From positions 5,750,303 through 5,814,302 of the forward strand of contig CM082582.2 of assembly GCA_040954595.2 (NCBI GenBank): DNA of 64,000 nucleotides, written 5' to 3'. Shown here piece by piece: positions 16,837 to 31,292 of this stretch; position 1 is the stretch's first letter; the number at the start of each line of letters is the position of its first letter. The position numbers and the translations under genes are program-made. Under the pieces are notes generated by a model that was given only the letters and a program-made list of their open reading frames with translations, ran no database searches and was not told the DNA's origin. Source of the stretch: Balanoglossus misakiensis. Its lineage: Eukaryota; Animalia; Hemichordata.

Positions 16837-17044
16837 GGGGAGAACCAATTTGATTTCGGGGGGGTGGGGGGGGGGTGGGTGGAGGATTTGGGTATGTCAG
16901 CAATATGTGTTCCAGCCACTGAACACAGCAAATTTATATTTTCTTACCAGTCTACATTTTTCTTCAGAATAAAAATTGTTTTCCTGGGCACCGTCTACCA
17001 ACACCCCCCCCCCCCCCCTCCCCCAGAAACTAAATGGTTCTCCC
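16837..17044. mobile_element. PIF/Harbinger-type MITE
   Basis: Imperfect TIRs GGGGAGAACCAATTTGATTTC / GAAACTAAATGGTTCTCCC with internal G and C runs, flanked by TAA / TTA. Confidence 0.65.
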
Positions 17045-17246
17045 TTAGAAAAGGTGAGGCTCTTGACAGGATGCAGCATCATCTGTAAAAATTCTTTATG
17101 AATTGGGGAGGGCCCTGAGGCCTGAACAGCAGGAATATATAAAGGTCATTTGTCTAGTTTTTCACTGATATAAAATACCACCATACCCATAGGGTAAATG
17201 TAAAAGTAATTCATAGATTTCAATAACGCTAAGGCTTCGATAACAG

Positions 17247-20200
17247 TTAATACTGAATGAGTGAATGGAATGGAAAATCGAGACGGCTCTTCCCCTCGAG
17301 GTCCGACAGTTCAATAACCACGAGGCCCAACTTGAGATCGCCTTTCATCTGCGAGACCAGCTTTCCGGCAGCCACCATTGTCCCTGTTGGAAGAACCATG
17401 GAAAAGCCATACAATCAGAACTTAAGCATCACACAACTTTTCACATGACCCGCTGAAACTCTGTAAGTCTCAGGTGATCAAAAAGCAGGAGACGGTAGAT
17501 GAGTATTGATAGAAATGGCATCTCAAGAGATGTATCTTAAGGGGGCATTTGTTGTAACTTTTGACCTTTATTAATTTCAATAGTTGTTCTGTGTACCAAA
17601 TGCAATTTCTTGTTCTACTCCAAACAGCATGCTAATATACCCAGTACTCCTCTTGTCAACATAGCCTGTATGTGTGTAACGGCCATTGTTATTGTTGACA
17701 AATGAATTCTTGTCCAGACTTAAATTCAAATTTGACACATTAAAAATGCTGAGTAAAAGTCTTGAAAATCTAGCTGATACTATGACACGATTTACAAGAT
17801 CTGTCCAGGAGGCAAAAATATCCATTAGTAACAAGTATTGTTACTATTTCAATAAAAAAAAACTTGCTACCCTTACCGCCTGTGGCCAATAAATCATCCA
17901 CAATGACAACTTTTTGTCCCTCTTTGATGGCATCTTCCTGCGCTTCAAATACATCCTGATGGGGGAAAATACAGATTTATGTGAAAGGAACCTGCCAATC
18001 AGTGTGTGGCTGGACACATCAATATGCAAATAGTGTGAAAGGATTAAAGCTCAAACAGTTGTCACTTGTAAACTTTTAATCAATAAAATACAGTATTTCA
18101 ATCTTCTTATCCTAAGTCGACAGACATTTTTTGCTTAATTTGTGGAGATTCTCATACCCATTGTCCATACCATAATACCTGAATAAATGGGTGTGGCACT
18201 TGTTTATTATTTAACTTACTTTTATATCCATGTACAGCCACAATCAGAGATTGAAAACATGTTTTGTCTATCTCCATCAACTTTGCTCACTTAAATGGAC
18301 CACTCTAAGTTTGAAAGTAAAATCATGATTGTTTTTTAAATGCCAGCTATTGAGGCTTTAAAGTGAGATTTAATACTTACTTTTCCGTATTCAAGCGAAT
18401 AGGTCACTTCCATACATTTGCCGGGAAGCTTCCCCTTCTTCCTGATTGGGACAAAGGCTGCACCAAGTTTGACGGCCACCATCGGACCCAGCAAGAATCC
18501 CCTGGCTTCTAAGCCTGGTGAAAAAGAATCATCATGCAAAAATAAGTAAACCTGAATAGAATATTGTACTATTAACACTTAAGAACTAATGGTGCACCAT
18601 AGTACTCATAATTTAAGACTCATACAAGCTGCCAGAATCCTTTCATGATTTTACTTTCAAACTCGAAAAGAAAATGAAATAGTTTTAACATATACATTTG
18701 TAATTTCTTCTATCTCTTCCTACAGTGAGTTGTCAACCTTTTACCCAGAATGCAATTATTATGTGATTTGACCCCCTAGCACAAAGTATATACATGTAAA
18801 TACCTATTTAAGGCAGCCAGAATTCACTCACCCACTATGACATCCACATCTCCAACTTTACTCTTGACGGCATCCACCATGTGATCAATCAGAGACTCCA
18901 GTGCTTTGGGGTTTTTAAATATTGGGAAGATATCTCTGTAATACAATAATAAGTAAAAGCATTAAGGCATACATCACCATTAAAACTCAAACACTGTATC
19001 TGCAAAACTCTTAAACCTTCCTTTTAGCTATATTTGGTTTAAAATCTCAAATTACTATTCTGATTTTTAAATTTCAGAAAACATCCCCAGGTCAGAAACA
19101 CACCATGACTGAAAATCCCATGGCAGTCAGTCAATCATGAAATTTGCCCTCTGTTCATTGTACAGATTACAATACAATAGAAACTCCTATATGTCAACCA
19201 TGAAAAAATTAGAAAGGAAAAAAAAATAACAAAATGAATCATGTTCACTATGGTCGAATTACTGGAGCAGAGGACGAAAGCTAACTTTATGGGAAAAAGC
19301 TCCATTAGCTGTAACACAATCATAAGTGTGTATAGTCAGCATTGTTATTGTGCAAAATTTGAATTCAAGTCCGGACTAGAATTCATTTGTCAACAAAATC
19401 AATGGTTGTTACACACATTCAGGCTATGTTGACAAGCGGAGCACTGGGTATATTAATTAGCATGCTTCTTGACGTAGAACAAGAAACTGTATTTGATACA
19501 AAGAACAAAAATACTGCAAATAAAGGCAAAAGTTACAGCTTATGTCCCTTTAAAACAATGACACTGGAAATATATCACAAGAGAAAGTGACAATATGCCG
19601 ACAAGACAAGTCACCGTTCACCTCCTCAAAGTAGCTGTATTGGATGCAGTTGATTGGCAGTGACCTACCAAGGTCGCACAGCATCGCTTAGCTCTGTTAC
19701 AGACATGTGCGTTCTATTGAAGCTGTGGACAATCGCTTAGCTTTACTTAGTATTGTGTGCATGCAGCCTATTGTAGTATGCAACGCTAAAGGACGGCATG
19801 GGCATAGAAAGTGTTTCTCCTGTCAAAACGCCTTGAAATACAATAAAAAAGAAATGATTATTACAGAAAATATGTACCCATCAACCACTACAATTTCATG
19901 ACAATTTTTTATCCATTATTTTCTATTTTCATTCATTATTTCTATCATCACTACAGTCAGACTGTAAATATGACCACATGAAAAAAAAATCTTTTTTTCT
20001 TCAAAATTTTAAAACCTTGAATTTCTGGTTCATTGATATTTTATACCTTTAAATTTATTTACTGACATCCCAGTAGATAGTAACTGTGGCTTTCTTATGA
20101 AGTTATGTATAAATTAATTTATCCAGGGTTTACAGACTGCTTCATATTGCAACTCGTCTGATCACATGACTTTGTTGACAGCACTCTATCAATCATCATA

Positions 20201-21042
20201 ACAAGTCTGACTGAAGATCTTGATCCCAAAACATTTGACCACCAAAATATTTCTCTTCACCCCATGGTATATGACCATGTATGTGACACTGAAAGACTAC
20301 ATGGATTTTTTCCATGTTGTCAGAATTTAAGAGTTAAAGATGTACAGCACTATAGATAAGAAACTCGATCGGCTGGGTCATATTATACTGCATAAGATGT
20401 TCTATGTTTCTACATGTATCTTGTTCCAATACAATGAGACTATGTGACAATTTTAATTCAAGATTCTCTCTTTAAAACTCAGGACATTTATACTTTCACA
20501 ACCTAAGCAAGGAAATGTTATTGCAGCTGCTAGGTTTATTATGAGTATATCTGTTGATGTTTGCTGTATTATTTTTAGAAATTTAGCTGACCAATTTTTC
20601 TATTTTTGCAATACAACATATTTCATAGTTTCATGATCGTATAAATATGTACGAAATGATCGTAATGGGGAAATTTTAATGCAGATGTTATTGTTTGATG
20701 AAGGCGATCGATTTCGCTGGACGGTGAAAGGTACTAGTGACGATTACCATGATATGAAATCATAGCAAACAGCAGAAACTCACAAAACACGTGATTTGCT
20801 AGAGTCTGCAGTTTATATTAGAAGTACAAAAATGTATATTAATGACCTGGGGTTAGTGACCATTTACAGTATAACGGGCGCGGTTGATTGACATGTAGCA
20901 CTAGCAACTAACACGTGAAAAAACATTGGAACTTTAAAGCGACGTCTGATAAATAATTTTACCGAAAAAGAATCCCAGGTTTCGGAAAGTCTGGGAAACC
21001 TCTGATAATCCCCTTTATATTTTCCAGGCCATCTGTCGACAT
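17247..21042 (-). CDS. APRT: Adenine phosphoribosyltransferase (177 aa)
   Basis: [42 protein letters not shown] and the PRPP loop [13 protein letters not shown]. Exons 20963-21042, 18832-18935, 18381-18514, 17877-17955, 17247-17383 total 534 nt, the same five-exon layout as vertebrate APRT. Confidence 0.96.
19277..19553. mobile_element. Dispersed non-autonomous DNA element (probably Kolobok-type, TTAA-associated); related copies at about 17540-17715 (inverted), 39035-39180 and 43590-43730
   Basis: The shared core tgtcaacaa...acacacat(a/t)caggctatgttgacaag..gagtactgggtata..agcatgct...gtagaacaagaaa...catttgatacacagaacaa is found in four places. This copy ends in cccTTTAA. Confidence 0.6.
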
Positions 21043-24000
21043 GGTTACTTAGGATACTTTCAGGTCCTCACGTACTCGTCTCTCAAATTGTTAGCCAACT
21101 CGGACCGGCTCTATAGAACTCACGCCGCACCACACACACCGTGTTCCACACTCGTGTTCAAGTCGGGGTTAAAGTTCACCAGACGAGGGAGTGTTCCTGT
21201 TTTTTGTCGGGTGGCGTGGAGAATTAAAATCATAATGTAAAAAAATATATTTATACTATAATTTGGAACACGGGGCATAACAGTTTTGGACAATTACTCA
21301 AAATCTATATGCTATTATGTTAGTTGTTATGTTGATTTGTCAACCATTATAATTAGACAAGTAATACCTCGATCTGGCTGTTGCACATACACTTTCCTTT
21401 TTTTTCCATTGATCTGAACACTAGTCTACAACTTTTTAATTTATTCCTCGACTCAGATATTGAGGATGAAACTTTATTTTGATCAGCTTAACCTCATATT
21501 CTTGTTCATATTTATCAAATACTATTAATAACATTTCATATGATCGAGGAATAAAAATACACATTCTGATTGTAATTTTGGTCAAGGTTACATATTAAAT
21601 GTATACGCCTGCGGGGTGAACGTGAACGACATCTTTCTAAACTGTTGGAGCACGTTTCATATTTGTGAATAAAATACATGTACATGTATGTAACAATTCT
21701 TGTCTCCACCAGGGAACAGTAATATGAATCCATGAGCCATGGGTCTTCAATATTTCTTGGGATCATGCAACGAGCCTGAACGTACATTGGAAAAAACTCA
21801 GGTTCACCCTCTCCGAATAAGAACTGAACAACCCTTAATTATTCGAAATGACGTCACTTCCGTAATACATTTAGGTTCATCAAAATATTCAGTGAAAGCG
21901 CTGGCGGGGGTGTTGACTGTTGTTGTGTACATGTACGTTTGATAGATCACTGCCCAGTTCGTGCTTGTACCTGGACAAGCGATCACCAAAACCAGTGATA
22001 GTGTATACGTCTTCAAGAAGGTATATATCCAAATCCGTACATTTGGCGTTTCGGGTATGTATATTCCACAGACACAGTAGAGATGTTAGCTGCGCTGTAG
22101 TGTAGCCTGTAGGGCATATGTACGTTGCACTAATTGGGGTCCTCAACTTGTTTCAGGATCCGTACTCTCACGTTTGTGTCGTGTTTGTGATTTTCCCCAA
22201 CACAGCACGACCGCGGATTGTGCGTCATGTTTTATGAGATTAAATTACGAGACAGTCTGTCATAACAATATGTTGCAGGTTTAATCCATCGAAGAGCAAA
22301 TAAGTGTATTGTCACTTGTGCTGGAAAGAAGCACATTGCTCACAACCAACCCTGAACGTACTTCACGCATTTCCAGAGTTAATTAGAAGTGTGAATGGTT
22401 AGCTGTTATCAATAGCATCGCATTGATTGCATTTGTTGCTAAAAATTCGAACGCACCAGCCATGTGTGGAGTGACGTGACGTGCCCAATGATAAAGTTCA
22501 AGCACTCTCATCTTTCAGTTCACTGATGTATTTCAATATTTGTTTCAGTCCAGTAGTCAAACTTAATGTATAACTATTAGAGCGAGCATCTAGTAGTGAT
22601 TTTGTATGTCAAGTATTAAATTTTCTATGCAAGAAAGTCTGTGCGGTCTGTGCAGTGTGCCGTTTTGCTCCATGCAGACATATTAATTGGAAATTGTATA
22701 CAGTAGAGATTTAACAGAGTTTACCTTGTAATGGATAGAGCTGCCTGTCATTACTTTGTTCTTTTATAATACTCGTAGATGCAAGAGTTTGTTAATCAAT
22801 GGAAAAAAATGTGTATGTCAAGAAAATTCGTGCCTCATGTCCACGATTTCATAATTATACAGTGTAACAATTTCAATTAATATTCTGTAACTCGCTTTCG
22901 GATCTATTTACACACACACCCAAATAATAACCCAAAGGCAGTACTGTATAATGTGTCGAGTTGCACAGAAATCGGCTGAAGTCGTGTTTGCCTGAAGAAC
23001 ATACGACTCACTGGAAAAATATTGACGTTCAAACAGAAAAAAAAACATGCCAATATATTTCCATTAACAATGAACTTGAACATGTAGTGTGTAAAATATT
23101 CATAGCGAGCTACTGAACTGCAGCTATTAAGCCCTGGCGTACGTGCCGGACAGTACAATGTGGTTGGTACCACAGTGTTCATGGCACCAGATCGACAGTG
23201 ATTGGCAGTCCATGCACAAAGACCTGTAGATGTGAAAGTTCTGGCACTCTATTGTAATGAGCCATTCAAGTGAATACAAAAGAGACTGGACATACCCCGA
23301 GAAAATATCACCACCGAGCCCATGCAGTCACACAGAGAGATCATGTGTAAACGCATACTAGCACCACCTTGTCGTAACTGGTTTAGGATAGCGATTATGG
23401 AGAAATGACACCATTCTTTGTCAGGATTGATACCCCTGATGTCAACTGTTAGCTTAACCCCCTTTCCCACTGCATTCCTTATTGTGTTCCCAATTGTATA
23501 AATTTTCTAATAGGATTAATTAAACAACTCATGAGAGGGTGGGGGGGAGGCCCTCCCCAAGAGTTGTTTAATCCTACTAGAAAATATACACAATAGGGGG
23601 TGCAGATGAGCGCAAGTGGTATTTTTGTTGTCACTCAGTATTAAAACAAGCTTATTTTCTGCTATGTCCATGCATGTCTTGAGAAGAAATCTGAGTGTTT
23701 GATCAGAATTGCTGTATGAATCTGCACCATGTTTTTGTTCAGTGACATTTTGATCTCATACTGAGTCATTTCCAATGCGCACCCAATCCAAAGAGTGCCT
23801 CAAACAAAGCCCCAATAGCTGCCGCTTGTGGCATATTTTAATTTGATAAAATACTTCAATCTAATTATTAAAAAATCTTATTTTGCCATATTTCTGAATA
23901 AATTTGACTGAAAATAAAGAAAAATAACAAAACGGGAATATAAAAACAAAATTCCAGATGTGTATATATATATGCGTATCAGAACGTCAAATATATAAAT

Positions 24001-24542
24001 CCAATGACTGTATATATACTTGGCAAGCTGTGACCATCTTTATTCAAATTCCACCCATCATGATCTGATCCACATTCAGTGATGTAGATAATAGCTGACC
24101 ACCAGTCAAAAAGCCTGCCTGAATTCAGCATGTGACCGGCTGAACAGTGCGTCTGAATACTGTAAAACGGGAAATTTTCGCAAACGATATATTTTCGTGA
24201 ACTACGCGAGAGCCAAAAATGCGAAAATAAAAAAAGTCACATAAAAATATTTTTCAGAGATAACAATGCAGTGAAATACGAGAACGTGAAAATTAATCCT
24301 CGCGTAACAGTTGCCTCTTTGTGCACATGTCAAAAATAATCAAAACATTGATACTTAACATGATTTTATTACTGAGACCTAGGCTTTAATGTTTGCCACA
24401 GACAGTCAAAAATATATGCTCCCCTTCACTGTTACAACATCTTCAATTTTTACGATAGTTTATGTACGTTTTGATTCCTTGTACAATTCTTGATTTCCAT
24501 TGACACATTTTTCCTTTCGGGTTTCACTTCAACAGCGCAATC

Positions 24543-27500
24543 ATGGGTACGAATATTGGTACAGTGTACTTGTCGCTTATCCTAACCGTCGTGTGCTTGG
24601 TTTGCCCAAGCCAAGGGACGAAGTAAGTGCACGTTTAAATTGTTTTACGTACAATAATTTTTCTCATCACTCATACTTAATTATGGTAGGTACTAGCCAG
24701 ATGCAGTGCATGGTTATTGTATGTATTCCATAGCCTTACTATAGAATTTTGAGAAAACACTGTCGCAATATTGTAATGTTCTTGAAATTTTCACAAAAGG
24801 TGTCAAACAAGGAGTACCGTATGTCACCATCCCTGATTTTCTGATAGAGCTGTTCTGATATTTTCACCATAGGAAAACTGTTACAGCATTACAAGTGCGA
24901 GAAAATGCTGACTCAGCATTTTCCACAATATTTTAGACCTAAACTGAATTTGAAATTCATATACGATATGTACAAAAGCTGGAAAATGACAATATTCTAC
25001 ATTTTGATTAGACCACTACGTTAATCAATTATTCATAATGTGCATTTTGTTACGCCAAAGGACAGACATGATGGAAAACTTCTTTTTCTGGATTTTTTAT
25101 ATACTAGTAATCCCAGCGATCATATTCTATAACTTCGGTGTTTTCATGCATTAACCCTAACAGTGCCAAGTCAGTAGGAAACGTAGTTATTTTCCTACCC
25201 CCCTAGAATCCCGGGCATACTTGACTGTGGAGAAATGAATTGGTATCAGACTGTGTAATGTCAAATATTTGAACAGCTGAGTACATACTAAACCGCCTCT
25301 GCTGGGTAATTTGATCAGGCCAAGATGATCATAAACAGTGGATACAGCTAGATTGAGGCAAACGACCCTGTCTAAATACACACATGGCAGCTAATCAAAG
25401 AAACCAACACTGTCTAAATACGTATTCCAGTGATGATACGTATCTATATGGACTTGAGACTCTAACGGGTTATGACACCCGGTAGCAAGAGGGTTAATCA
25501 ACTGAGGGTTGGGGAACAGTGTTGACATAGATAGGGCTTTGTTTTGTTTCTGTCACAGATTACCCAAGTCCCGCTACTTATACACATACTCCCATTTCAG
25601 TGACGCGATCCGCCTGAGATCAAACACACCTCTTGACTCATATATGCAAATGTAGACTTCCTGGCTTTGAGTGGGAATGAATATTGTGGTTTTTTGACAT
25701 CCCTTTTGTACCCTGAAATTTAAAATTTTGAATTACGTTCCCCTTTAAAGGTACACGGCCACCTCAAATTTACATACGCCCATATATGGCTAAAATGGAG
25801 CACTTTAGTGTTCTAAAGAACAAATGGTGGCGCTCTTTTTTTCGCGTGTGCCACCCACTAAAAATCGGTGATTGGCCAGATCTCAATTTGCCATGGTAAC
25901 TGTAGCTAAATTTACATAGGTGACCGTATACCTTTAATACAGATAATCATAAGTAACAGTAGTATACAACATACTATACTAATTACTATTGAAGGAAAAG
26001 CCTGTATTACACAATGATATTGCTGGATTTTCTTATTTTCTAGTAGTTGGTTGTCTGAAATCCAGCCATGGCGAGTGTAGGTCCAAGACGAAACGTCAAA
26101 CACTGGTCCTTCAGTGTTGTCAAATGCCAGATGTTCAAATGTGTTGATATCAGCAAAGATTCTTGAGGGTCTATGACGTGATATCAGTCACTTCTGAGAA
26201 TACTTGGCTGTGGTATTATTATGCTCTCAATCTGCCAGCCTTTGTTCACTACAAGTCCTACAAAAGTACCATGCAATTAGTCAACTCAGGCAATCTGTCG
26301 ATGTTTTAATAGTGCTGTGGTTTTGTGACTAGTGGAAGCGCTTTCTGTGCGGTCAAAAAACAGTTTCAGTTCCCAGTTGCTGTTTTTTGGGGATTTTTAT
26401 CACAAAATTTAATTTCTGCGTGTGTTGTACAGAAATTCTACATAATTATACTCGCCATTTTGGAAACAGCTTCAAAAACTATTATTATTGCATTTATTGT
26501 CTGTCCTAAAAGGATAATCCTCTTACAGCTCAGCAGTAAAATTAAAAATTATCGATTAAAACCACACAGAAATACAACAACATCACATAGAAGACAAAAA
26601 CATGTACATATTGGGGATGAAGTTTCCTGGTGGCCATTGACACAAAGCTGTTGTTAAATGTCAGCGTAGAATACTTGAGACAGCAATGCTTACGACTTGA
26701 GGGTAACCTTGCAAAGCGGGAATGAATATGTCACGATATCGTGAAAACCGATGTCGATAGGCTACTTGATTTCACAGGTTAACATCTGAAGCTCTTGACT
26801 TTTCATGATGACAGATTTTTTCGCAGAATTTTTCATTCAGAAATGACAGTTCCGAGGATACTCTCTTTGAAGTTTGAAGTGTTGCTGTGCTCGTGATCGG
26901 GCATCGGATGGAGGGCGGGGGGGGGTGGGGGTGAAGTGCTCTTGACAGTTTGATGGTTGGACACAGGATGCTTTCAATGAGCGTGGCGTACGTGTCTTGC
27001 AATCTGTCATATCATGCCCAACGGGAAGATTCATTGCAGGAGTTTGTATAGACTCTCTCACAACCCCTCTCGCCATCCGTGCAGGCTTATGGTCTGATTG
27101 CATGTGTGCCCGGCGAGAGGTTCGCTACACAACACCATATGGGGCTTCTCCCTTGCCAAACGGTTGAGGGCGCGTCAGTGAAGAGCCTTGTTGTAGCGAA
27201 CCGTGGGCTGTGAGAGAGTCTAGAGTTCGTAAGGCATCATAATCGAGTGCAATCTGATTAAAATCAGATGTAGGGAACGGCAACGTGGTTTTTTTATGCT
27301 GTCGCCTCACACTAGTTCCCTACATCTGATTTTAATCAGATTGAGTTGAGTGGTTAGAGCATCGCGAACTCATGATCGAAGGATTGTGGGTTCTAGCCCT
27401 GGCATGGCCATGGTGCTGTGTCCTTGAGCACTTTACTTCCCATTGCTTCTCCCCACCCAGGAGTAATGAGTACCTGGTAAGACAGAGATTGTAACGTGTC

Positions 27501-30500
27501 TGTTTAGCTCTGCTGTGCTTATGGCTGCACATGTGAGCTGTTGCTTGTTCCCCAGGGAGTTGAAATGGAAACACCAGGTCCAATGAGCAGGGCAATAATT
27601 ATCAAAGAGCATTGAGATGTATTATGTAATGTGCTCTGTAAGAAACCATTATTATTATTAAAGGATAAAGGTCACCTGTTGAAATTTATGCCACAGTTAC
27701 CATGGATAGTTGAGATCTAGTAGCCTAATAGATTTTAATGATGAAAATTTACAGCGCCACAGCATGTTCTTTAGAACACCTGTTGAAATTTGTGTATTTA
27801 CAAGTCTTGGTAATAACCGTCAAAACTGTCTCTCTCTGTACTGTATGTTCTTTAGAATGTGAGGCCGGAAGAAAAAATCAGAGACTTGGTTTTGGAGGAT
27901 GTTACCAAGGCTTGTTGAGAGCTGAGCGTTTATGCAAAACGGGGTTAAACTGATTTGTGAAAATCTCTAAAAACTTGTAATTGCGGGGTGAACGCTCTCT
28001 TATGTGACCTCTCATTTCATTGGTGGAATAGCCACTACACAAAGGTCATTATTAAACCGCACAATACAAGACTGCAGTTCTCTCAGCAGTTTATTGTGGG
28101 ACTTCAGAGCTGAAGTGTTTTGCGTTGTATATGGCAGTGTGATGGTCAATCCACACAAAGAACACAAACAAACACAAGTGGTTGGATCCTTCACTTTGCA
28201 TCCAACAGGTTTTGCAAAGGGGAGCAAGCCCCACCGCTTTGATTGTTTGGAAATCATGGATTGCCTGGTAATGATAATGGAAACCAGTGAAAAGGTTGGG
28301 GTTCTAGGGCAGTTACCCCCTGGACACTGCCCCACCCCTTCATCAACACTTACCATACTTTGCAAAAGTAGCAAATAGTGGGTCAGATAGTAAACACCCA
28401 GGGGGTGACTGCACTGATGCCCAAGTTGACAACATTTTTTTTTTTTTAAATGAAGATAATATTTTGAGCCAGCTAAGTCCTGTGAGATGTCAAATACTGG
28501 AAAACGGGTTATTTTCGAAGTACGAGAACGCGAAAATGAATCCTCGCGTAACAGTTGCGTCTTTTGATTACGCGGAAATTTCCTGTCGCGAAAATAACCT
28601 GTTTTACAGTAATTCCGCATGGTTACGAAAAATGTGTAGAAGCTGAGCAGCCATGTAAAATTGGATGTGTGTCTAACTCTTGTATATTTTTTCCATTCCT
28701 GTTGAAGTAAGGGTAAATGCAAATGTTACGAAATGACCAGAAACCTTATCGAGTCCCAACACCATTGTTCACAAAGATACTGTTTTCACATTGCCTCCAG
28801 AAGGGCGATTTACTTTTTCTTCTCTGCTGCTATATCCCTAGTCGTATTTCAGTTGACTTTATTGTGTTCGGCTTATCCAAATCCTTCTGGTAATCCTAAT
28901 CGTATCCTAAAGGAATAAAGCCACTTCTAAAGCAAATGGTTTGAAGATATACCCGGTACATTGTGGAAGGATTAACACCAACTGTCGTGCACGTTGACAA
29001 CTATAATGGAGTCAACCTTGGAAAACATCGGGGTGTCGAAATATGAACAATCATTTATGAAAAGACTATAAATGAACTGCTTAACCTCTCCTCTCATTCT
29101 GGTGCCTTTAAAGTTAAACTAGATAATAGAGATTTTACTCAGTCTTCAGTCTTAGACTAACCACCTGTTGAGCACATCCGAAGAAATGATGTTGGATTGA
29201 CAGGGTGAGGTCGTGTAATGACGTAGTTTGGTTCTGAGATAGCATAAAAACCCTGTGGATATGAAAACCAGTACAAATTGCCTGCAGAGGCAAATTAAAG
29301 TGACCTTCCTGCTGGGTAAAATATCTTAAAGCCCATTTAGCATATATTTTAATAAACAATGAAATTAAAATTCAATCTTCTAATTGCAGTCAGCTGGCAG
29401 ATGACACTGTTTTGAATTTGTGACTGATGATACTAACTAACACTAGCATGTAAGCATATCATGATAGTTGTGTAGTCTTTCGTGACGGGAGGCTGAATTC
29501 TAATGCGTATATGCGCCTACCATAAGAGTTGTGTACTCGCTATGGGAGACTGAATAAACGGGTGTGGCACCCATTTATCTTTTAACCTGTGTACTTTCCA
29601 ACTTCAGTAACATTCAGAGGTTGATAACATGTTTGTGTATACTCACCAGTAAGGTTTTTCGTTTAAAACGGAGCAGTGTTATAGAAATCCGTCTTTGATC
29701 CAGCCTTGCAGACGCAATGTTTTTTAGGTCCCATTTTGGTATGTATACATACCATGGGACCTTATGGAATCAGTTCTGTCTGTATGTATGTATGGATGTA
29801 TGTCTGTATGTCCGTCCACATCAAAAACTTGGAATCCGCTTGGCATACCACCTTGATATTTGGTGTACAGATGCAAGCTGGGCTGTAGATTGGAATTTGT
29901 TCAAATGAAGTTGTCATCACCAAAAGTATGCAAATGAGCTGGAAAAATGCGAGACCCGTCAGATTGATTTGAAAATTGGTATGCATGTATCTTATGTCAA
30001 CCCCATACAGTCCAGTGTTAATTTTATTGAGTTAATATTATGAATTTTCTGTTTTCATTACATTCTCGTTTTGTTGCAGTTCGTACGTGGTTCTGTGTCC
30101 TACAGTGGTGAGGCCTGGAGTTCCCTTCACCGTCAATGTTCACATCCTCCGAAGTTCCGGTCCGGTGACGGTGACAGTGTCCATCTTGAAGGAAACGGAA
30201 CAGGTTCTCAGTAACTTGATTACCGTCAATCAAGGGCAGCCCTATGATGTTGATTTGATCGTAAGTACATTAGCTGAAACTTTTCACTGTGTTTTCAGTA
30301 TTTTTTTGTTTTTTTGTATTGACTTCAGTTTCTTGTTCAAATTCCCAAAACATGATGAAATAAGTTGTGCGCGAAAAAAATAATAATTTTGTGACATATT
30401 TGTCTCCCTATAGATGCCAAGTGCTGTAGATACCGGAAGTTCCTATTCGTGCGCTGTGGAGGGCACTGGAGGGCTGGAATTCAGAAATCAAACTGAAATC

Positions 30501-31253
30501 ACATTGGATTTGAAAAGCATGTCTATTGTAATACAGACTGACAAAGCGATCTACAAACCTGGACAAACCGGTAAGCATAGTTCTATCGAGACTCTGTAGA
30601 TGTGAAGTAGCTTTCCCTCACAGTGGTGGTGGTGGGTGGGGGGGGGGGGGTCCAGTCACAGTTGGCAGTGTACCCTAGACTCTATGTGTAACAGCTGTTT
30701 GTGTACAAAATACATGTATCTGAAGTGTCAAATATGACTTTTCACCCTTCAGTTCTTTGCTTGATGCACGAATACCTATTGACTGTTCATTTGTGAGCAT
30801 TTCGGTCACCGCATTTACTGGTAATGTCCGTCTAATGTTGCTGCATTCTTCATTCCGTAATTTCAGTCAAATTCCGGGCACTCGCAATCTATCCGTACCT
30901 GGGCGTTAATACAGGAGAATTCGACGTCGCAGTAAAGGTAACGAGAGAAATCCTGACTCTGAAAGAATTTTATGCTTTCCTGTGGAAATGCGATTTCCAT
31001 GTCATATAACTTTTGTGTCAATGTTCCCCTCTGCTTTAGGACCCCGATAATAATATCATTGAGCAGTGGCTGGGATTATCCAACAATGAGTATGGTGTGA
31101 TCAAGGGTGAAATGGTCACATCATCGCAACCAGTTCTGGGTGAATGGACTGTAAGCGTGACCAGCACTGAAAGTGTAAGTCCAACACAATTAATAAATAA
31201 ATAAACAAACAAACAAACAAACAAACAAATAGACAGACAGACAGACAGACAAA

Positions 31254-31292
<39 letters not shown>

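Noticed and set aside
26075-26105. GTC-CAA-GAC-GAAACGTC resembling the 3' half of a hammerhead
   Set aside because: The CUGANGA core strand is missing upstream of the stem.
26840-27240. GC-rich stretch in CD109 intron 1 as a nested gene
   Set aside because: No consistent frame, splice pattern or recognisable motif.
27344-27420. Possible tRNA gene
   Set aside because: A/B-box remnants only. It cannot fold into a cloverleaf and continues into a SINE core and tail.
28012-28722. 236-aa minus-strand ORF
   Set aside because: It runs through a MITE (28495-28611) and a poly-T run, has a non-ATG start and shows no protein motif; a chance ORF.
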